Of a stretch of DNA of 64,000 nucleotides, positions 16,917-26,532 are shown one piece after another (position 1 is the first letter of the stretch; each line of letters opens with the position of its first letter). The stretch spans positions 8,741 through 72,740 of the forward strand of contig CAZIJH010000002.1 of NCBI GenBank assembly GCA_964539655.1, in the 5' to 3' direction. A program made the position numbers and the translations under genes. The notes beneath the pieces were generated by a model. It made no database searches, had not been told where the DNA came from, and saw only the letters and a list, made by a program, of their open reading frames with translations. Source of the stretch: an uncultured archaeon (GTDB lineage: Archaea > Aenigmatarchaeota > Aenigmatarchaeia > CG10238-14 > SCSR01).

Positions 16917-17990
16917 TCATTTCGATTTTAGAATTCCGTTTATCCTTTCTTCCATTTCCTTTCTCATCTTGTCGCCCTTGTATTCCTTGCTGTAGTAATC
17001 AAGCTTGGCCGCGATGGAAAGCTTGGAAGAAATTATCCTCGCTACTTTTCCCTTCAGCTGTTCTGGCGCGTTCTGCACAAGCTGATGGTTGAAAATAAGT
17101 CCGAACCGCGGAGACTTTCCTTTGCCGTGCAAAAATCTGAACAATGCTTTTTCTGCGCCAAGAAGCTGTATCGTGCTCGACGGCATTCTCGCCAATTTGT
17201 CGAGACCTCCGGCTTTCGATATCAACTTCGCCGACAGCGACGCCCCGGCAAGATCGGTGAAATTCGGTGCAACTTCCTTTAACATTCCTTCCAAATATTT
17301 TGAAAGGTTTTTTCTTAGCGCATAGATTCTGTTTATCTCAGCCGCGAACAATTGTATTGTTTTGATGTCCTCTTCCTTGAGGTCGGCTCCCATGCTTTTT
17401 GATTTCAATTCTTTCACGCTCTCTTCGTCCACATTTTCCCTGCTGCCAAATTTCTCGACAAGAAGAGCAAATTTCTCGTGATTCTGCACAGCCCTGTCCA
17501 TCTCAGGAAAATGAAGACCGTACCATTCTCTAAGCCTCTCGACAAAAATATTCACGCACTTGTCAATCTCCTCTATCCCTCCGTTAGCCTGAACTATGAG
17601 ACTGTCGCGCCCGACAGCTTTCTTGATCTTGACTTTCGCCAATTCGAGGTTGAACTTTGTGAAAAACTGGTTGAACTCTATCTGGTCCTTGACGAATTTT
17701 TTCTCGATTGCGAATTTTCTGAGATTGTCCTTCAAAAACTGCTCGGCATCGCTGTTGAATTCCACATGCCTCGCCCCCTCCTTTCTCGAAGTGAAAACGA
17801 ATTCCCTGTAATTTTTCCTGCCGAGTTCGTTCCTGACCAGCTTCTCCTCGTCGAGCATTTCTATCTCAGATCTCTTCACCTTCTCGGCGACTTTTGCGGA
17901 ATCCTTTTCAAACGGCTTGAATGCAAGGACCTTCTTTTCCTCGCTTACTCCGAACACCCCGATGAAAGTGGGGATTATGTAAACCTTCAT
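16917..17990 (-). CDS. nop5: C/D box sRNP protein Nop5 (Nop56/58 homolog)
   Basis: 357 aa with Nop domain and coiled coil. The Nop5-fibrillarin operon is conserved in archaea. Confidence 0.9.
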   Translation of the reverse strand: MKVYIIPTFIGVFGVSEEKKVLAFKPFEKDSAKVAEKVKRSEIEMLDEEKLVRNELGRKNYREFVFTSRKEGARHVEFNSDAEQFLKDNLRKFAIEKKFVKDQIEFNQFFTKFNLELAKVKIKKAVGRDSLIVQANGGIEEIDKCVNIFVERLREWYGLHFPEMDRAVQNHEKFALLVEKFGSRENVDEESVKELKSKSMGADLKEEDIKTIQLFAAEINRIYALRKNLSKYLEGMLKEVAPNFTDLAGASLSAKLISKAGGLDKLARMPSSTIQLLGAEKALFRFLHGKGKSPRFGLIFNHQLVQNAPEQLKGKVARIISSKLSIAAKLDYYSKEYKGDKMRKEMEERINGILKSK

Positions 17991-18044
17991 AGGATTTTAT
18001 TTATGAGACAAAGACTTAAAAGCCAATAGGTAGCTAGATTCTAT

Positions 18045-18785
18045 ATGAAAGAAAAACTGGTTTTGCTTATTGCGAAGGACTGTTCCTACATCGTTGACAC
18101 TACGAAAGACTTTCACACTAAAGACGGGGTGATAAGATCAAAGGATCTTACGAAAAGCAAATTCGGATCGGAGATCAAGACCAGCATGGGAAAGAAATTT
18201 TATCTCGTAAGGCCGACCGTCAACGACGTCATCACCAAAAAATTGAAAAGAACTGCGCAAGTAATCCTTCCTAAAGATATTTCGCTTATTCTCGCTTACA
18301 CTGGAATCTCTCCAGACAGCTTCGTTGTCGATGCCGGAACGGGCAGCGGATACCTATCAATTTTTCTGGGATATTATCTGCAGCGCGGAAAAATTGTCAC
18401 ATACGAAGAGAACAAGGAATTTCACAATGTGGCGAAGGAGAATGTCAAGATAACCGGTCTGAAAAATATCACATTGAAAAACAAGAGTATAACTTCGATC
18501 AGCGAGAAGAATTTCGACATTGCAACCCTCGACATGCAGAAAGCCAGCAAAGTCATATCAAAAATATATTCTCGGCTGAATGTTGGCGGATGGCTTGTAG
18601 TCTATTCCCCGACCGTCGACCACCTTTCATCTGTCGCAAAGGTCCTGAGGAAATTAAAATATTCGGAGATCAAAACCGTAGAAAACATTGTGAGGGAATG
18701 GCAGACCGAAAGGACTATCAGACCCAAAACATTGGGATTAATGCATACGGGATTCATTACTTTTTGCAGAAAACTGGGGTTGTAG
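18045..18785 (+). CDS. trmI: tRNA (adenine57/58-N1)-methyltransferase TrmI
   Basis: Gcd14-like N-terminal beta domain followed by the SAM motif VVDAGTGSGYLS. Confidence 0.8.
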   Translation: MKEKLVLLIAKDCSYIVDTTKDFHTKDGVIRSKDLTKSKFGSEIKTSMGKKFYLVRPTVNDVITKKLKRTAQVILPKDISLILAYTGISPDSFVVDAGTGSGYLSIFLGYYLQRGKIVTYEENKEFHNVAKENVKITGLKNITLKNKSITSISEKNFDIATLDMQKASKVISKIYSRLNVGGWLVVYSPTVDHLSSVAKVLRKLKYSEIKTVENIVREWQTERTIRPKTLGLMHTGFITFCRKLGL

Positions 18786-18849
18786 TTTAACTTGGTCAGA
18801 ACTTCGGTTTCGGGTGCCGATGATCCGAGTTCAAATCTCGGCAACCCCA
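18776..18849 (+). tRNA. tRNA-Pro (anticodon CGG)
   Basis: 74-nt cloverleaf. Acceptor GGGGTTG/CAACCCC. D-arm GTTT/GAAC. Anticodon stem TCGGT/GCCGA with loop TTCGGGT. T-arm CCGAG-TTCAAAT-CTCGG. Discriminator A. The 5' end overlaps the last 10 nt of trmI. Confidence 0.75.
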
Positions 18850-18884
18850 TTAATTAATAAAATCCAGACTACAAATTTTAATTT

Positions 18885-19460
18885 ATGGTGTACGCGATAT
18901 TTCTGACTACGCTTGTTGCGATCGTACTTTTGTTTTTCGCCGCCAGAAAATTTTTCAAGAAAGACCTGACGGGCGAACTTCTTATCGGCTTCTTTCTCGG
19001 ACTCTTCTGGGAAATCCTCACAAACCAGTCATGGAATTACGACACGACGCGCATGATAACGCTCTTTCTCGGAAGAGCGGAGATACCAATTGAAATTTTG
19101 ATGGGGTGGTCGTTCGTGCTCGCGGCATCGATACTGGCGACGGAAATAATTCAGAAATTCACCAAACATTACGGCAAGCTATCTTTCTTTGCGATAGGAA
19201 TTTTCTGCATATTTGCAATCGGGTTCTCGACAGAGATAATCGGAATCAACACCGGAATGTGGACTTATCCTGAAAACGTCGACAGCGGCATGTATTATAT
19301 TGGTGAGATTGCGATCCCTACAAAAGTGTCCTTCGGTTGGATGTTCTTCGGAATGCTGTTCCTGATAGTCACAAAATACTACCACCACGTTGTGGAGAGG
19401 TACGTCGAGTTCAATCTCAAGAAGCTGGCAAGGAAGATTTCTGGGCGTCGTCGACGATAA
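18885..19460 (+). CDS. Integral membrane protein (5-6 TM), unknown function
   Basis: Hydrophobic segments throughout. No recognisable family. Confidence 0.5.
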   Translation: MVYAIFLTTLVAIVLLFFAARKFFKKDLTGELLIGFFLGLFWEILTNQSWNYDTTRMITLFLGRAEIPIEILMGWSFVLAASILATEIIQKFTKHYGKLSFFAIGIFCIFAIGFSTEIIGINTGMWTYPENVDSGMYYIGEIAIPTKVSFGWMFFGMLFLIVTKYYHHVVERYVEFNLKKLARKISGRRRR

Positions 19461-21609
19461 CATTCCCGAGTTCAACTTGTTTTTTTATTATTCTCGCAAC
19501 ATTAGGGCCGACAATTTTTGAAAGCGATTCCATAGGAATCTTTTTCAGCGAATCAATTGTTTTGAGATTTGCATTGTAAAGTTTTCTCGCCCTTATGCGG
19601 CCGATCTGCTCGAGTTTTACGAGCGGGAGCAATTCTTCCTTTATCCCGTATTTCAGTCTCACTCTCGTCTTCCTGATCTCTTTCAGAAGATCTTTGTGGC
19701 CAAGAAGCAATCCGAGCTCGTTCATCGAGAATATCAACCAGTCAATATTGTCAAGCCTGTTCCTCAACTCGCCCGGAGCAACTTTGAATTTCGTAAGTAT
19801 CTCGTCTTCTGTCAATTCGTCCAACCACGCTTCGAAAAGTACAGCGGTCTTGACAGATTTGAAAAAATCCTCGAATTCCAAATCCCATTCTTCAGGTATG
19901 CTCTGCAAAAATTCCGACTCCCTTTGGGAGACCAGATTTCCGAGATCTCCAAATTCTCCCGCCCTAACTCCGATCAATGGTTGCATCTCAAGCGTGTTGC
20001 AGGCCGTCTGCACAAAACTGAATGCAGTGATTTTCTTTTCCATCGCTTTGTTCAACGCGTCGATAAAATTATGGGCAGTGAGCGGATCGAGATACAGCTC
20101 TGAAACTCTTTTTCCGATTCTCGTCGGATAAATTTTTCCCGACTCGTATTCTACGAGACCCCATTCGACAAAGTTCCCAATTATTTCCAGCAGCTTTTCT
20201 TTTATTGCAGTGATGTCTCCGAACTGGAAAGCGTAGAAAGTTTTCGAAAAGAAATCGAAAAGCGATTCCTCTGTTTTCACGAACCCGCTTGCAACCAGAG
20301 AAAGTGTGTGCATCCTGAGTATTGGTTCGACTGCAAGCTTCGAATAAATATCTTCGACATCGCCATGAATGAAATGATTTACAAGATCGTCAGCGTCGTC
20401 TTCCGATTTCGCGACAAGTATCGCCTCGCCAAAACTATCATACTGCGGCCGGCCGGCCCGTCCGGTCATCTGCTTGTACTCCAACACTGGGATGTAGGAC
20501 ATTCCCATGCCGTCGTAATACCTTTTCGCGTCCCTGATGACAACTCTGAATGCGGGGAGGTTCACGCCCAAAGCAAGTGTCGGAGTCGACGTGATAACTT
20601 TTATCAGACCTTTCCTGAAATTTTCTTCAATCAGCTTTTTCTGTTTTCCAACCAGACCAGCATGATGAAACGCCGCGCCGTTTATAACGCAGCTTGCAAG
20701 ACGCTTGCATTGCTTTGTCGGAGAGTCGAGCGCGCCCAGCACTTCATTGTAAACATTTCCAAGCTCCTTTTTCTCGTCCGGAGAAAGGAGCCGTCCAGTA
20801 ATATTCGATAAATTCTCTGCAAGAGCCTCCGCATTTTTTCTCGTTGACACAAAAAATAGCGCCTGTTTTTTCAACGACAAAGTATTTTTTACAATTCCTA
20901 TTTCCGTTTCCTGCTCAGTGAGCGAATATTTGTTACCTCCGAAAAGCTGTATGCTGGAATCGAACGACACCCCCTCGTACAATTTCACCGGCCTGAAGTC
21001 GCTGACAAGAAGATTAGCGTTCAGCCATTTCGCGAGCTCGTTTGAATTTTTGATAGTCGCTGACAAGCCGAGAATCTGAGCATTCGGAGAAATCTCCCTC
21101 AAAATTGTCAAAAGAATTTCCAGCGTCGGGCCGCGCGACGCGTCATTTAGCAAATGTATCTCGTCCACAACAATCAATCCTATCTGGCTTGTCCATGGAG
21201 TGCCGTGTCTGATCAAAGAATCGAGTTTCTCTGTAGTGCATACAATAACATCGTGATCCGACAGCCACCTGTCTGTAGAATCGAAATCCCCGACAGAAAG
21301 CGCGACTTTGTATTTGCCGTCGAAAAGTTTCTTGAAATATTCGTACTTCTCGTTCGCCAGCGCGACAAGCGGAGCGATATAGACGGCCTTGCATCTCCTC
21401 TCGTTAAATTTGTTCAGCATTGCAAGAGCGGCAATCAAAGTCTTCCCGCCAGCAGTTGGCATAGAAACGACGAGACTTTTTTCCTTCAGCAGATTTTTTC
21501 TGATGATGTCTGCCTGCGGAGGATACAAGTCCGATATTTTTTCTTCGGTCTTAAACTTCTCCACGAATTCCTTCGGTACTCCGAATTTCTCAAGCTCTTC
21601 AACTCTCAT
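19417..21609 (-). CDS. hel308: Ski2-like DNA helicase Hel308/Hjm
   Basis: Motif I PTAGGKT, motif II DEIH, motif VI GRAGRP and a C-terminal HhH domain. Start was taken at ATG MRVEELEKF... (21609); the ORF-track start at 21645 is TTG. Confidence 0.85.
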   Translation of the reverse strand: MRVEELEKFGVPKEFVEKFKTEEKISDLYPPQADIIRKNLLKEKSLVVSMPTAGGKTLIAALAMLNKFNERRCKAVYIAPLVALANEKYEYFKKLFDGKYKVALSVGDFDSTDRWLSDHDVIVCTTEKLDSLIRHGTPWTSQIGLIVVDEIHLLNDASRGPTLEILLTILREISPNAQILGLSATIKNSNELAKWLNANLLVSDFRPVKLYEGVSFDSSIQLFGGNKYSLTEQETEIGIVKNTLSLKKQALFFVSTRKNAEALAENLSNITGRLLSPDEKKELGNVYNEVLGALDSPTKQCKRLASCVINGAAFHHAGLVGKQKKLIEENFRKGLIKVITSTPTLALGVNLPAFRVVIRDAKRYYDGMGMSYIPVLEYKQMTGRAGRPQYDSFGEAILVAKSEDDADDLVNHFIHGDVEDIYSKLAVEPILRMHTLSLVASGFVKTEESLFDFFSKTFYAFQFGDITAIKEKLLEIIGNFVEWGLVEYESGKIYPTRIGKRVSELYLDPLTAHNFIDALNKAMEKKITAFSFVQTACNTLEMQPLIGVRAGEFGDLGNLVSQRESEFLQSIPEEWDLEFEDFFKSVKTAVLFEAWLDELTEDEILTKFKVAPGELRNRLDNIDWLIFSMNELGLLLGHKDLLKEIRKTRVRLKYGIKEELLPLVKLEQIGRIRARKLYNANLKTIDSLKKIPMESLSKIVGPNVARIIKKQVELGNVIVDDAQKSSLPAS

Positions 21610-21663
21610 GCGATTCACATCAATATTTATTGCTAATTCATCCAAACAACTTTATTGATAAAA

Positions 21664-22644
21664 ATGTTTTCCCTCGGCATCGAAAGCAGCGCGCACACTT
21701 TTGGTATTGGAATAATGGATGACAAAGGAAATATATTAGCTGATGTGCGGGATATGTTCGTTCCGAAACCCGGCAAGGGATTCGTTCCGAGGGAACTGGC
21801 CGACCACCATCTTGAAGTTGCCAACAAAATTTTGAACGACGCACTGAAAAAATCGAAAATGAAAATTTCAGACATCGACGTTATTTCTTTTTCGCAAGGA
21901 CCGGGAATACCGAACGCGTTAAGAGTCGGGTCTACGATGGCGAGATTCATTTCCGAAAAATTCAAAAAACCTTTGGCTGGAGTGAACCATTGCATCGCCC
22001 ACATAGAAATCGGAAAAATGGAAACTGGCGTAAAGGATCCTGTTGTAGTTTATCTTTCGGGCGGGAACACTCAGATTATAGCATATGTCGACGGCTCGTA
22101 CAGAATATTCGGCGAATCGGAAGACATTCCTGTCGGAAATTGTTTCGATTCGATTGCAAGAGAAATGAATCTGAAAATGCCCGGCGGAATCGAAATAGAA
22201 AAACTTGCAAAGAGCGGGAAATACATCGAGCTACCGTACGTCGTAAAGGGAATGGATCTCAGCTTTACCGGAATTGCTACCGACTCTATTGAAAAATTCA
22301 AATCCGGAGCGAAAAAGGAAGACATAGCATACAGCCTGCAGGAAACATGCTTTGCAATGCTAACAGAAGTTGCGGAACGTGCGCTGGCACATACAGGTAA
22401 AAAAGATATTCTTCTTGTCGGCGGAGTGGCTGCTAACAAAAGATTGCAGGAAATGATGAAAAAGATGTGCGATTCGCGCGGAGCAAAATTCAACGCGGTT
22501 TCTCAGAAATTTTCTGGCGACAACGGATCGATGATAGCGTGGACTGGAATATTGCAGAAGAAAAGCGATCAGATTTTGAAAATAAATCAGAGTGGTATAA
22601 AACAGAATTGGAGAACTGACCAAGCGGAAATTGCCTGGTTATGA
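21664..22644 (+). CDS. kae1: tRNA N6-adenosine threonylcarbamoyltransferase Kae1
   Basis: MFSLGIESSAHTFGIGIM..., HCIAHIE (metal-binding HxxH) and ASKY-family motifs. There is no fused Bud32. Confidence 0.85.
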   Translation: MFSLGIESSAHTFGIGIMDDKGNILADVRDMFVPKPGKGFVPRELADHHLEVANKILNDALKKSKMKISDIDVISFSQGPGIPNALRVGSTMARFISEKFKKPLAGVNHCIAHIEIGKMETGVKDPVVVYLSGGNTQIIAYVDGSYRIFGESEDIPVGNCFDSIAREMNLKMPGGIEIEKLAKSGKYIELPYVVKGMDLSFTGIATDSIEKFKSGAKKEDIAYSLQETCFAMLTEVAERALAHTGKKDILLVGGVAANKRLQEMMKKMCDSRGAKFNAVSQKFSGDNGSMIAWTGILQKKSDQILKINQSGIKQNWRTDQAEIAWL

Positions 22645-22650
22645 TTCGAT

Positions 22651-22914
22651 TTAGATCAATTCGTTCTCGCTAACGATCACGAAGTCGCCAATGCTCTTAA
22701 CAGCGGAAAACGGAACCAGCAACCTTCCCTTCTCGTCGGACTTTATGTTCAGGTCGTTGAGATGCTTCGTGGGTTGGTCTACTATGATGTTCAAGAGCTC
22801 GCCGCTCTCTGTGATGAAATCGATGTTGTTGACTACACCGAATTTCCTTCCCGTCTCCTCGCTGATAATGGTCTTTCCTATTATGTCGCCAGCGCGGACT
22901 TTTTGTTCAGCCAT
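22651..22914 (-). CDS. PRC-barrel domain protein
   Basis: ~87 aa with GDIIGKTIIS...GRKFGVVNNIDF... matching the PRC-barrel pattern. Confidence 0.55.
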   Translation of the reverse strand: MAEQKVRAGDIIGKTIISEETGRKFGVVNNIDFITESGELLNIIVDQPTKHLNDLNIKSDEKGRLLVPFSAVKSIGDFVIVSENELI

Positions 22915-22998
22915 TGTAAAATTCACCTTTTGTTTGAACTTGAGTAGTTTGATATATCAGTATATTGTTCTTTAACCTTTTTAAGCTATAATTGGATT

Positions 22999-23532
22999 AT
23001 GCAGCGCTTGTTCATCGGGATTTTCATTCCGAAAGATTTAAAAGAAAGAATACTTTCGCTGCAGGGAAAGATAAAATCCGTGCATCAGGGCTGCAAATTC
23101 GTGGAACCTGAAAACATGCACGTCAGCCTGTCATTCATTGGAGCAACCGAGGACGATAAAGTTCCGGATATCGAGCAAAAATTGTCAGATGTCTGTAAAA
23201 ATTTCAAAAAATTCAGCGTCCGAGTCGGCGGACTGAAGATCATACCGAGCGAAAAATATATTCGAGTTCTCGCTCTGGACCTTTCGTCGGAAGACAACTT
23301 GGAAAGGCTGTCGAAAGAAATCAAAATTAATGTTGGAGGGGATGTCAAGCCTCCACATCTCACATTGTGCAGGATAAGCAGGCCAATTGACGACAAGGAA
23401 AGGTTTGTGGAGAAGTTGAAAGGAATTGACTGGACCGTAGGAAGTTTCGTGGCAGACAAGGTCTCTCTGATAAGCAGCGTGGTGTCCAGAAGCGGGCCAA
23501 CATATACATCATTGCACGACTATGGTCTCTGA
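22999..23532 (+). CDS. ligT: RNA 2',3'-cyclic phosphodiesterase / 2'-5' RNA ligase (LigT/ThpR, 2H family)
   Basis: Two HxT/SxT motifs: HVSLSF and HLTLCR. Confidence 0.8.
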   Translation: MQRLFIGIFIPKDLKERILSLQGKIKSVHQGCKFVEPENMHVSLSFIGATEDDKVPDIEQKLSDVCKNFKKFSVRVGGLKIIPSEKYIRVLALDLSSEDNLERLSKEIKINVGGDVKPPHLTLCRISRPIDDKERFVEKLKGIDWTVGSFVADKVSLISSVVSRSGPTYTSLHDYGL

Positions 23533-24411
23533 ATTCGAATTGTTTATAACATCCTTAGGCGCCGTAATGAATTCCTTTAGCTCGCGCGCTTTCGGCTCCG
23601 ACTTGTACTGCTCGATTGAAATTTTCTCGCGGAGCGTCTTGTAGATTTCTTTTTTTGTAAGATCCTCGACTTCTTTTCCCTGCGGCGCCCTCGATATATA
23701 ATCTACTTCGCCGAGCTGCATGAATTCCTTGATTATCAAGTCCCCTCCCCTGTCGCCGTCGACAAAGAGCGTCACGACCTTTTCCCTGGAAAGGTTCACG
23801 ATGTCTTCAGGAATGTTTATGCCGTCGATGCATATGGCGTTCTTGATTCCGTTCTTCAAAAGATTGATCACGTCAGACCTGCCCTCCACGATCACAATTT
23901 CATCGGACGTCAAAACTTCTGGGCCACACGAGAATCCTCGGTATTCCTGCAATTGCGAAATCCTCGCGCTCTCCTTTATTTTTTCCGTCATCGTAAGAGA
24001 CGACACATCCTCCTCTTCCATGCTCTCGAGAATTTCCTTCGCGCGGCCCATAACAAAATCGCGCTTTAATGAACGGACGTCCTTCATCTCTTTGATTTTC
24101 ACTTTCGAGTTACAGGGACCGATTCTTTCTATCGTCTCGAGTGATGCCGCAATCAACGCTGTCTCCGAACTGTCCATGCTTGTAGGAATAATTATTTTTC
24201 CGATTGTCTTCGCCGACTCTGAAATTGCCTCGACATCTATTCTTCCTATTCGTCCGGTTCTCTGCAGCTCTCTCAGATCCAAATCAGGACCGAGCAATCC
24301 TTCCGTCTGCCCGAATATTGCGCCGATGATGTCAGGCTTTTCCACTATTCCGTCTGACGAGAACTCTGCCTCGATTAGATATTTTGTTGTAGACTGAGCT
24401 AATTTTACCAT
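23509..24411 (-). CDS. dnaG: Archaeal DnaG-type primase / exosome-associated protein (TOPRIM), short form
   Basis: N-terminal KYLIEAEFSSDGIVEKPDIIGAIFGQTEGLLG is characteristic of archaeal DnaG. TOPRIM motifs IVEGRSDV and DGDRGGD are present. At 300 aa it is shorter than the usual ~400+ aa. Confidence 0.8.
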   Translation of the reverse strand: MVKLAQSTTKYLIEAEFSSDGIVEKPDIIGAIFGQTEGLLGPDLDLRELQRTGRIGRIDVEAISESAKTIGKIIIPTSMDSSETALIAASLETIERIGPCNSKVKIKEMKDVRSLKRDFVMGRAKEILESMEEEDVSSLTMTEKIKESARISQLQEYRGFSCGPEVLTSDEIVIVEGRSDVINLLKNGIKNAICIDGINIPEDIVNLSREKVVTLFVDGDRGGDLIIKEFMQLGEVDYISRAPQGKEVEDLTKKEIYKTLREKISIEQYKSEPKARELKEFITAPKDVINNSNSETIVVQ

Positions 24412-24793
24412 TAAATGATTCCTCCATGAAAGATGAAGTGATTAATTTTGTGACAGGCGTGATATCCTCTATGTGAGATACGTGAAACAGATTTCTGAAT
24501 CTGTTGCGATGTTCCGAAAGCGTTTTTATTTCGTCGTGATTCAGCATTTTTTCGAGCAAGGACGCTTTCTCCTCGCCCTCTCTGTCGAAGTCTGTTAGTA
24601 TCGTTACGGGATTTGTGTTTCGTGATTTTACCTTCTCGACAATCGCGTCGAGCGAATTTCCGGAAATGTCCATTACATTTTCCAAACCTAAAAGAGACAG
24701 CTGTTTTTTGTCGTTGACACCTTCGACTATGATAAGACCGTCTTCATCAAGCAAGTCCGTTTTGAATTTGATTATTTTTTCGATGTTGAACAT
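24332..24793 (-). CDS. Small stand-alone Toprim-domain protein (COG1658-like)
   Basis: IIVEGVNDKKQL...ILTDFDREGEE is the Toprim E...DxD pattern. Its 3' end overlaps the DnaG start by 80 nt in another frame. Confidence 0.6.
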   Translation of the reverse strand: MFNIEKIIKFKTDLLDEDGLIIVEGVNDKKQLSLLGLENVMDISGNSLDAIVEKVKSRNTNPVTILTDFDREGEEKASLLEKMLNHDEIKTLSEHRNRFRNLFHVSHIEDITPVTKLITSSFMEESFNGKISSVYNKISNRGRVLVRRNSGKA

Positions 24794-24798
24794 AAATT

Positions 24799-25593
24799 TT
24801 ATTCTATATTTTCGATGATGTCTCGCTCTGTGATAATTCCTTTGAGATTGCCGTCGGAATCCAACACCGGAAGCCCGCCGACATCCTTTTCGGTCATTAA
24901 TTTAACAGCTTCCGAAATATCTAAGCCTTTCGTTATTGAAAAGAAATTTTGCGAAGCTATGCTGTCAATCGGATCTGCGCTGTTCCTAAATGTGAAATTC
25001 GTGTTCGCGAAATGCTTCAACATGTCCATCGACGAAACTATCCCAACCATCTTTTCTCCCTTGACGATCGGCATCCTCCTGTAATGAGTGTTCACCATAA
25101 TTTTCAGCGCGTCGATTATTTTCGTCCCGCTCTTGAGAACAAAAGGCTTTTTTGTCATGACGGACTCTACTGTCATGTTGAAGACATTCCCGTATACCAC
25201 CCTGACGAAATTTCTTTCATTTACCATTCCAACGAGCTTTTTATCCTTCACAATAGGAGCTCCTCCGCGCTTGGAAAACATCAGTTTTTTCAAAACAAAA
25301 TCGGCGGACTCGTCCGGGCTGCAGATAACAACCTGCCTCACCATTATCTCGGAAACCTTCTTGTCGAAATTTATATTTCTCAGAAGAGCGTCCAGAATAT
25401 CCATAGTCGAAATTATTCCGACCATTTTTTTGGAATTGTCAAGGACCGGAAGCCGCCTGCTTCCGGACATTATCATTTTTTCGACTACGCTTTTTATTTT
25501 GTCGGAATCCGAGACGTAGTCCGGCATCGTGTTGGCTATCTTGATTACGCTGTCATACATGTCCAATTTCGGACGCTCGATTTGCTCGTTCAT
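24799..25593 (-). CDS. CBS-domain protein (two CBS pairs)
   Basis: Four CBS repeats. Start was taken at MNEQIERPKL (ATG 25591-25593) to avoid overlap with the upstream gene. Confidence 0.65.
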   Translation of the reverse strand: MNEQIERPKLDMYDSVIKIANTMPDYVSDSDKIKSVVEKMIMSGSRRLPVLDNSKKMVGIISTMDILDALLRNINFDKKVSEIMVRQVVICSPDESADFVLKKLMFSKRGGAPIVKDKKLVGMVNERNFVRVVYGNVFNMTVESVMTKKPFVLKSGTKIIDALKIMVNTHYRRMPIVKGEKMVGIVSSMDMLKHFANTNFTFRNSADPIDSIASQNFFSITKGLDISEAVKLMTEKDVGGLPVLDSDGNLKGIITERDIIENIE

Positions 25594-25594
25594 T

Positions 25595-26131
25595 CTACGA
25601 TTCTTCCATGCAATCTTCGCAAGTCCAGACTCCGTCAATATTCTTGAGGTCGCTTGAAAAGTTCCCGCACACTTCACAGACTCCGGACGTGATTTTTTCC
25701 TTCAGTTCGAACGGCTCCTCTTTCATTTTCAACCTGTATTCGAGAAGGTCAACCATGTCGGGAGAAGACCTTGCAATGTCAGTCAGAGAAATCACGCCGA
25801 CAATCTTTCCCTTGTCCGTGACCGGCAACCTGTGTATGTTGTTGTTCTTCATTTTCTTGACTGCGAGAGTAACATCGTCATTCGGCTGCGTGGTTACTAC
25901 CGGAGAACTCATAATCTCTTTGATTTTAATTTTTTGGGGAAGAATATTCTTGGAAACAACTTTGCTTATGATATCGCTGTCGGACAAAACTCCTACAGGC
26001 TTCCCACTTTTTGTTACGACGAGAAAACCTCTCCTGTTCTCGCTCATGTCCAAAGCCGCGTCTTTGGCCGTCTTGCTTTCGTCGATCGTGTACGCGGGTT
26101 TCGACATTATTTCCTTGACAAACATCGGCAT
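25595..26131 (-). CDS. CBS-pair protein with C-terminal zinc ribbon
   Basis: Two CBS domains plus CEVCGN...CEDC at the C-terminus. Confidence 0.7.
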   Translation of the reverse strand: MPMFVKEIMSKPAYTIDESKTAKDAALDMSENRRGFLVVTKSGKPVGVLSDSDIISKVVSKNILPQKIKIKEIMSSPVVTTQPNDDVTLAVKKMKNNNIHRLPVTDKGKIVGVISLTDIARSSPDMVDLLEYRLKMKEEPFELKEKITSGVCEVCGNFSSDLKNIDGVWTCEDCMEES

Positions 26132-26157
26132 AAGATAATCACCTGTATATTATTTGT

Positions 26158-26484
26158 TTACCCTCTTAAAAATTCGCTTATGTCCCTGCCGTCGCCAACC
26201 GCGATTTTTTTTTGAGGATGCATTATCCTGATTTTACCGTAACCGAAATCGACGACGAGAAAGAATGGTATTCCCTCCAAAGTTTCCTGCATGTAGTCGT
26301 AATAGTAGAACGGATTCCTCTTCGAAGATTTTATCTGAAGGAAAACACATTTTCCGCTTTTGATGCAAATGAGGTCGGCTTCTCCCAAGCTTGCCCCGGA
26401 CCTTACAACCTTCCAATTGTTCTTTTCGAAAAGAAGGCGGATTTTCCTCTCGACCCTGTACCCCTTTCTCTTGGAATTGAACAT
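26158..26484 (-). CDS. hjc: Holliday junction resolvase Hjc-like nuclease
   Basis: KRKGYRVERKIRLLFEKNNWKVVRSGASLGEADLICIKSGKCVFLQIKSSK aligns by eye with Pyrococcus Hjc ([35 protein letters not shown]...IEVK). Confidence 0.65.
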   Translation of the reverse strand: MFNSKRKGYRVERKIRLLFEKNNWKVVRSGASLGEADLICIKSGKCVFLQIKSSKRNPFYYYDYMQETLEGIPFFLVVDFGYGKIRIMHPQKKIAVGDGRDISEFLRG

Positions 26485-26532
26485 AATTTATATTTGCGCG
26501 CCGAGTAAAAGAATAAAGAGTTTGATTTGAAA

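Noticed and set aside
18602-18850. 82-aa minus-strand ORF (MGLPRFELGSSAPETEVLTKL...)
   Set aside because: It is the antisense translation of tRNA-Pro plus the trmI 3' end. The PRFELGSS-type peptide is a classic tRNA-antisense artefact.
19595-21636. Multiple plus-strand ORFs (19595-20131, 19696-20103, 20308-20811, 21154-21636)
   Set aside because: They are antisense to the 742-aa Hel308 helicase and have no independent support.
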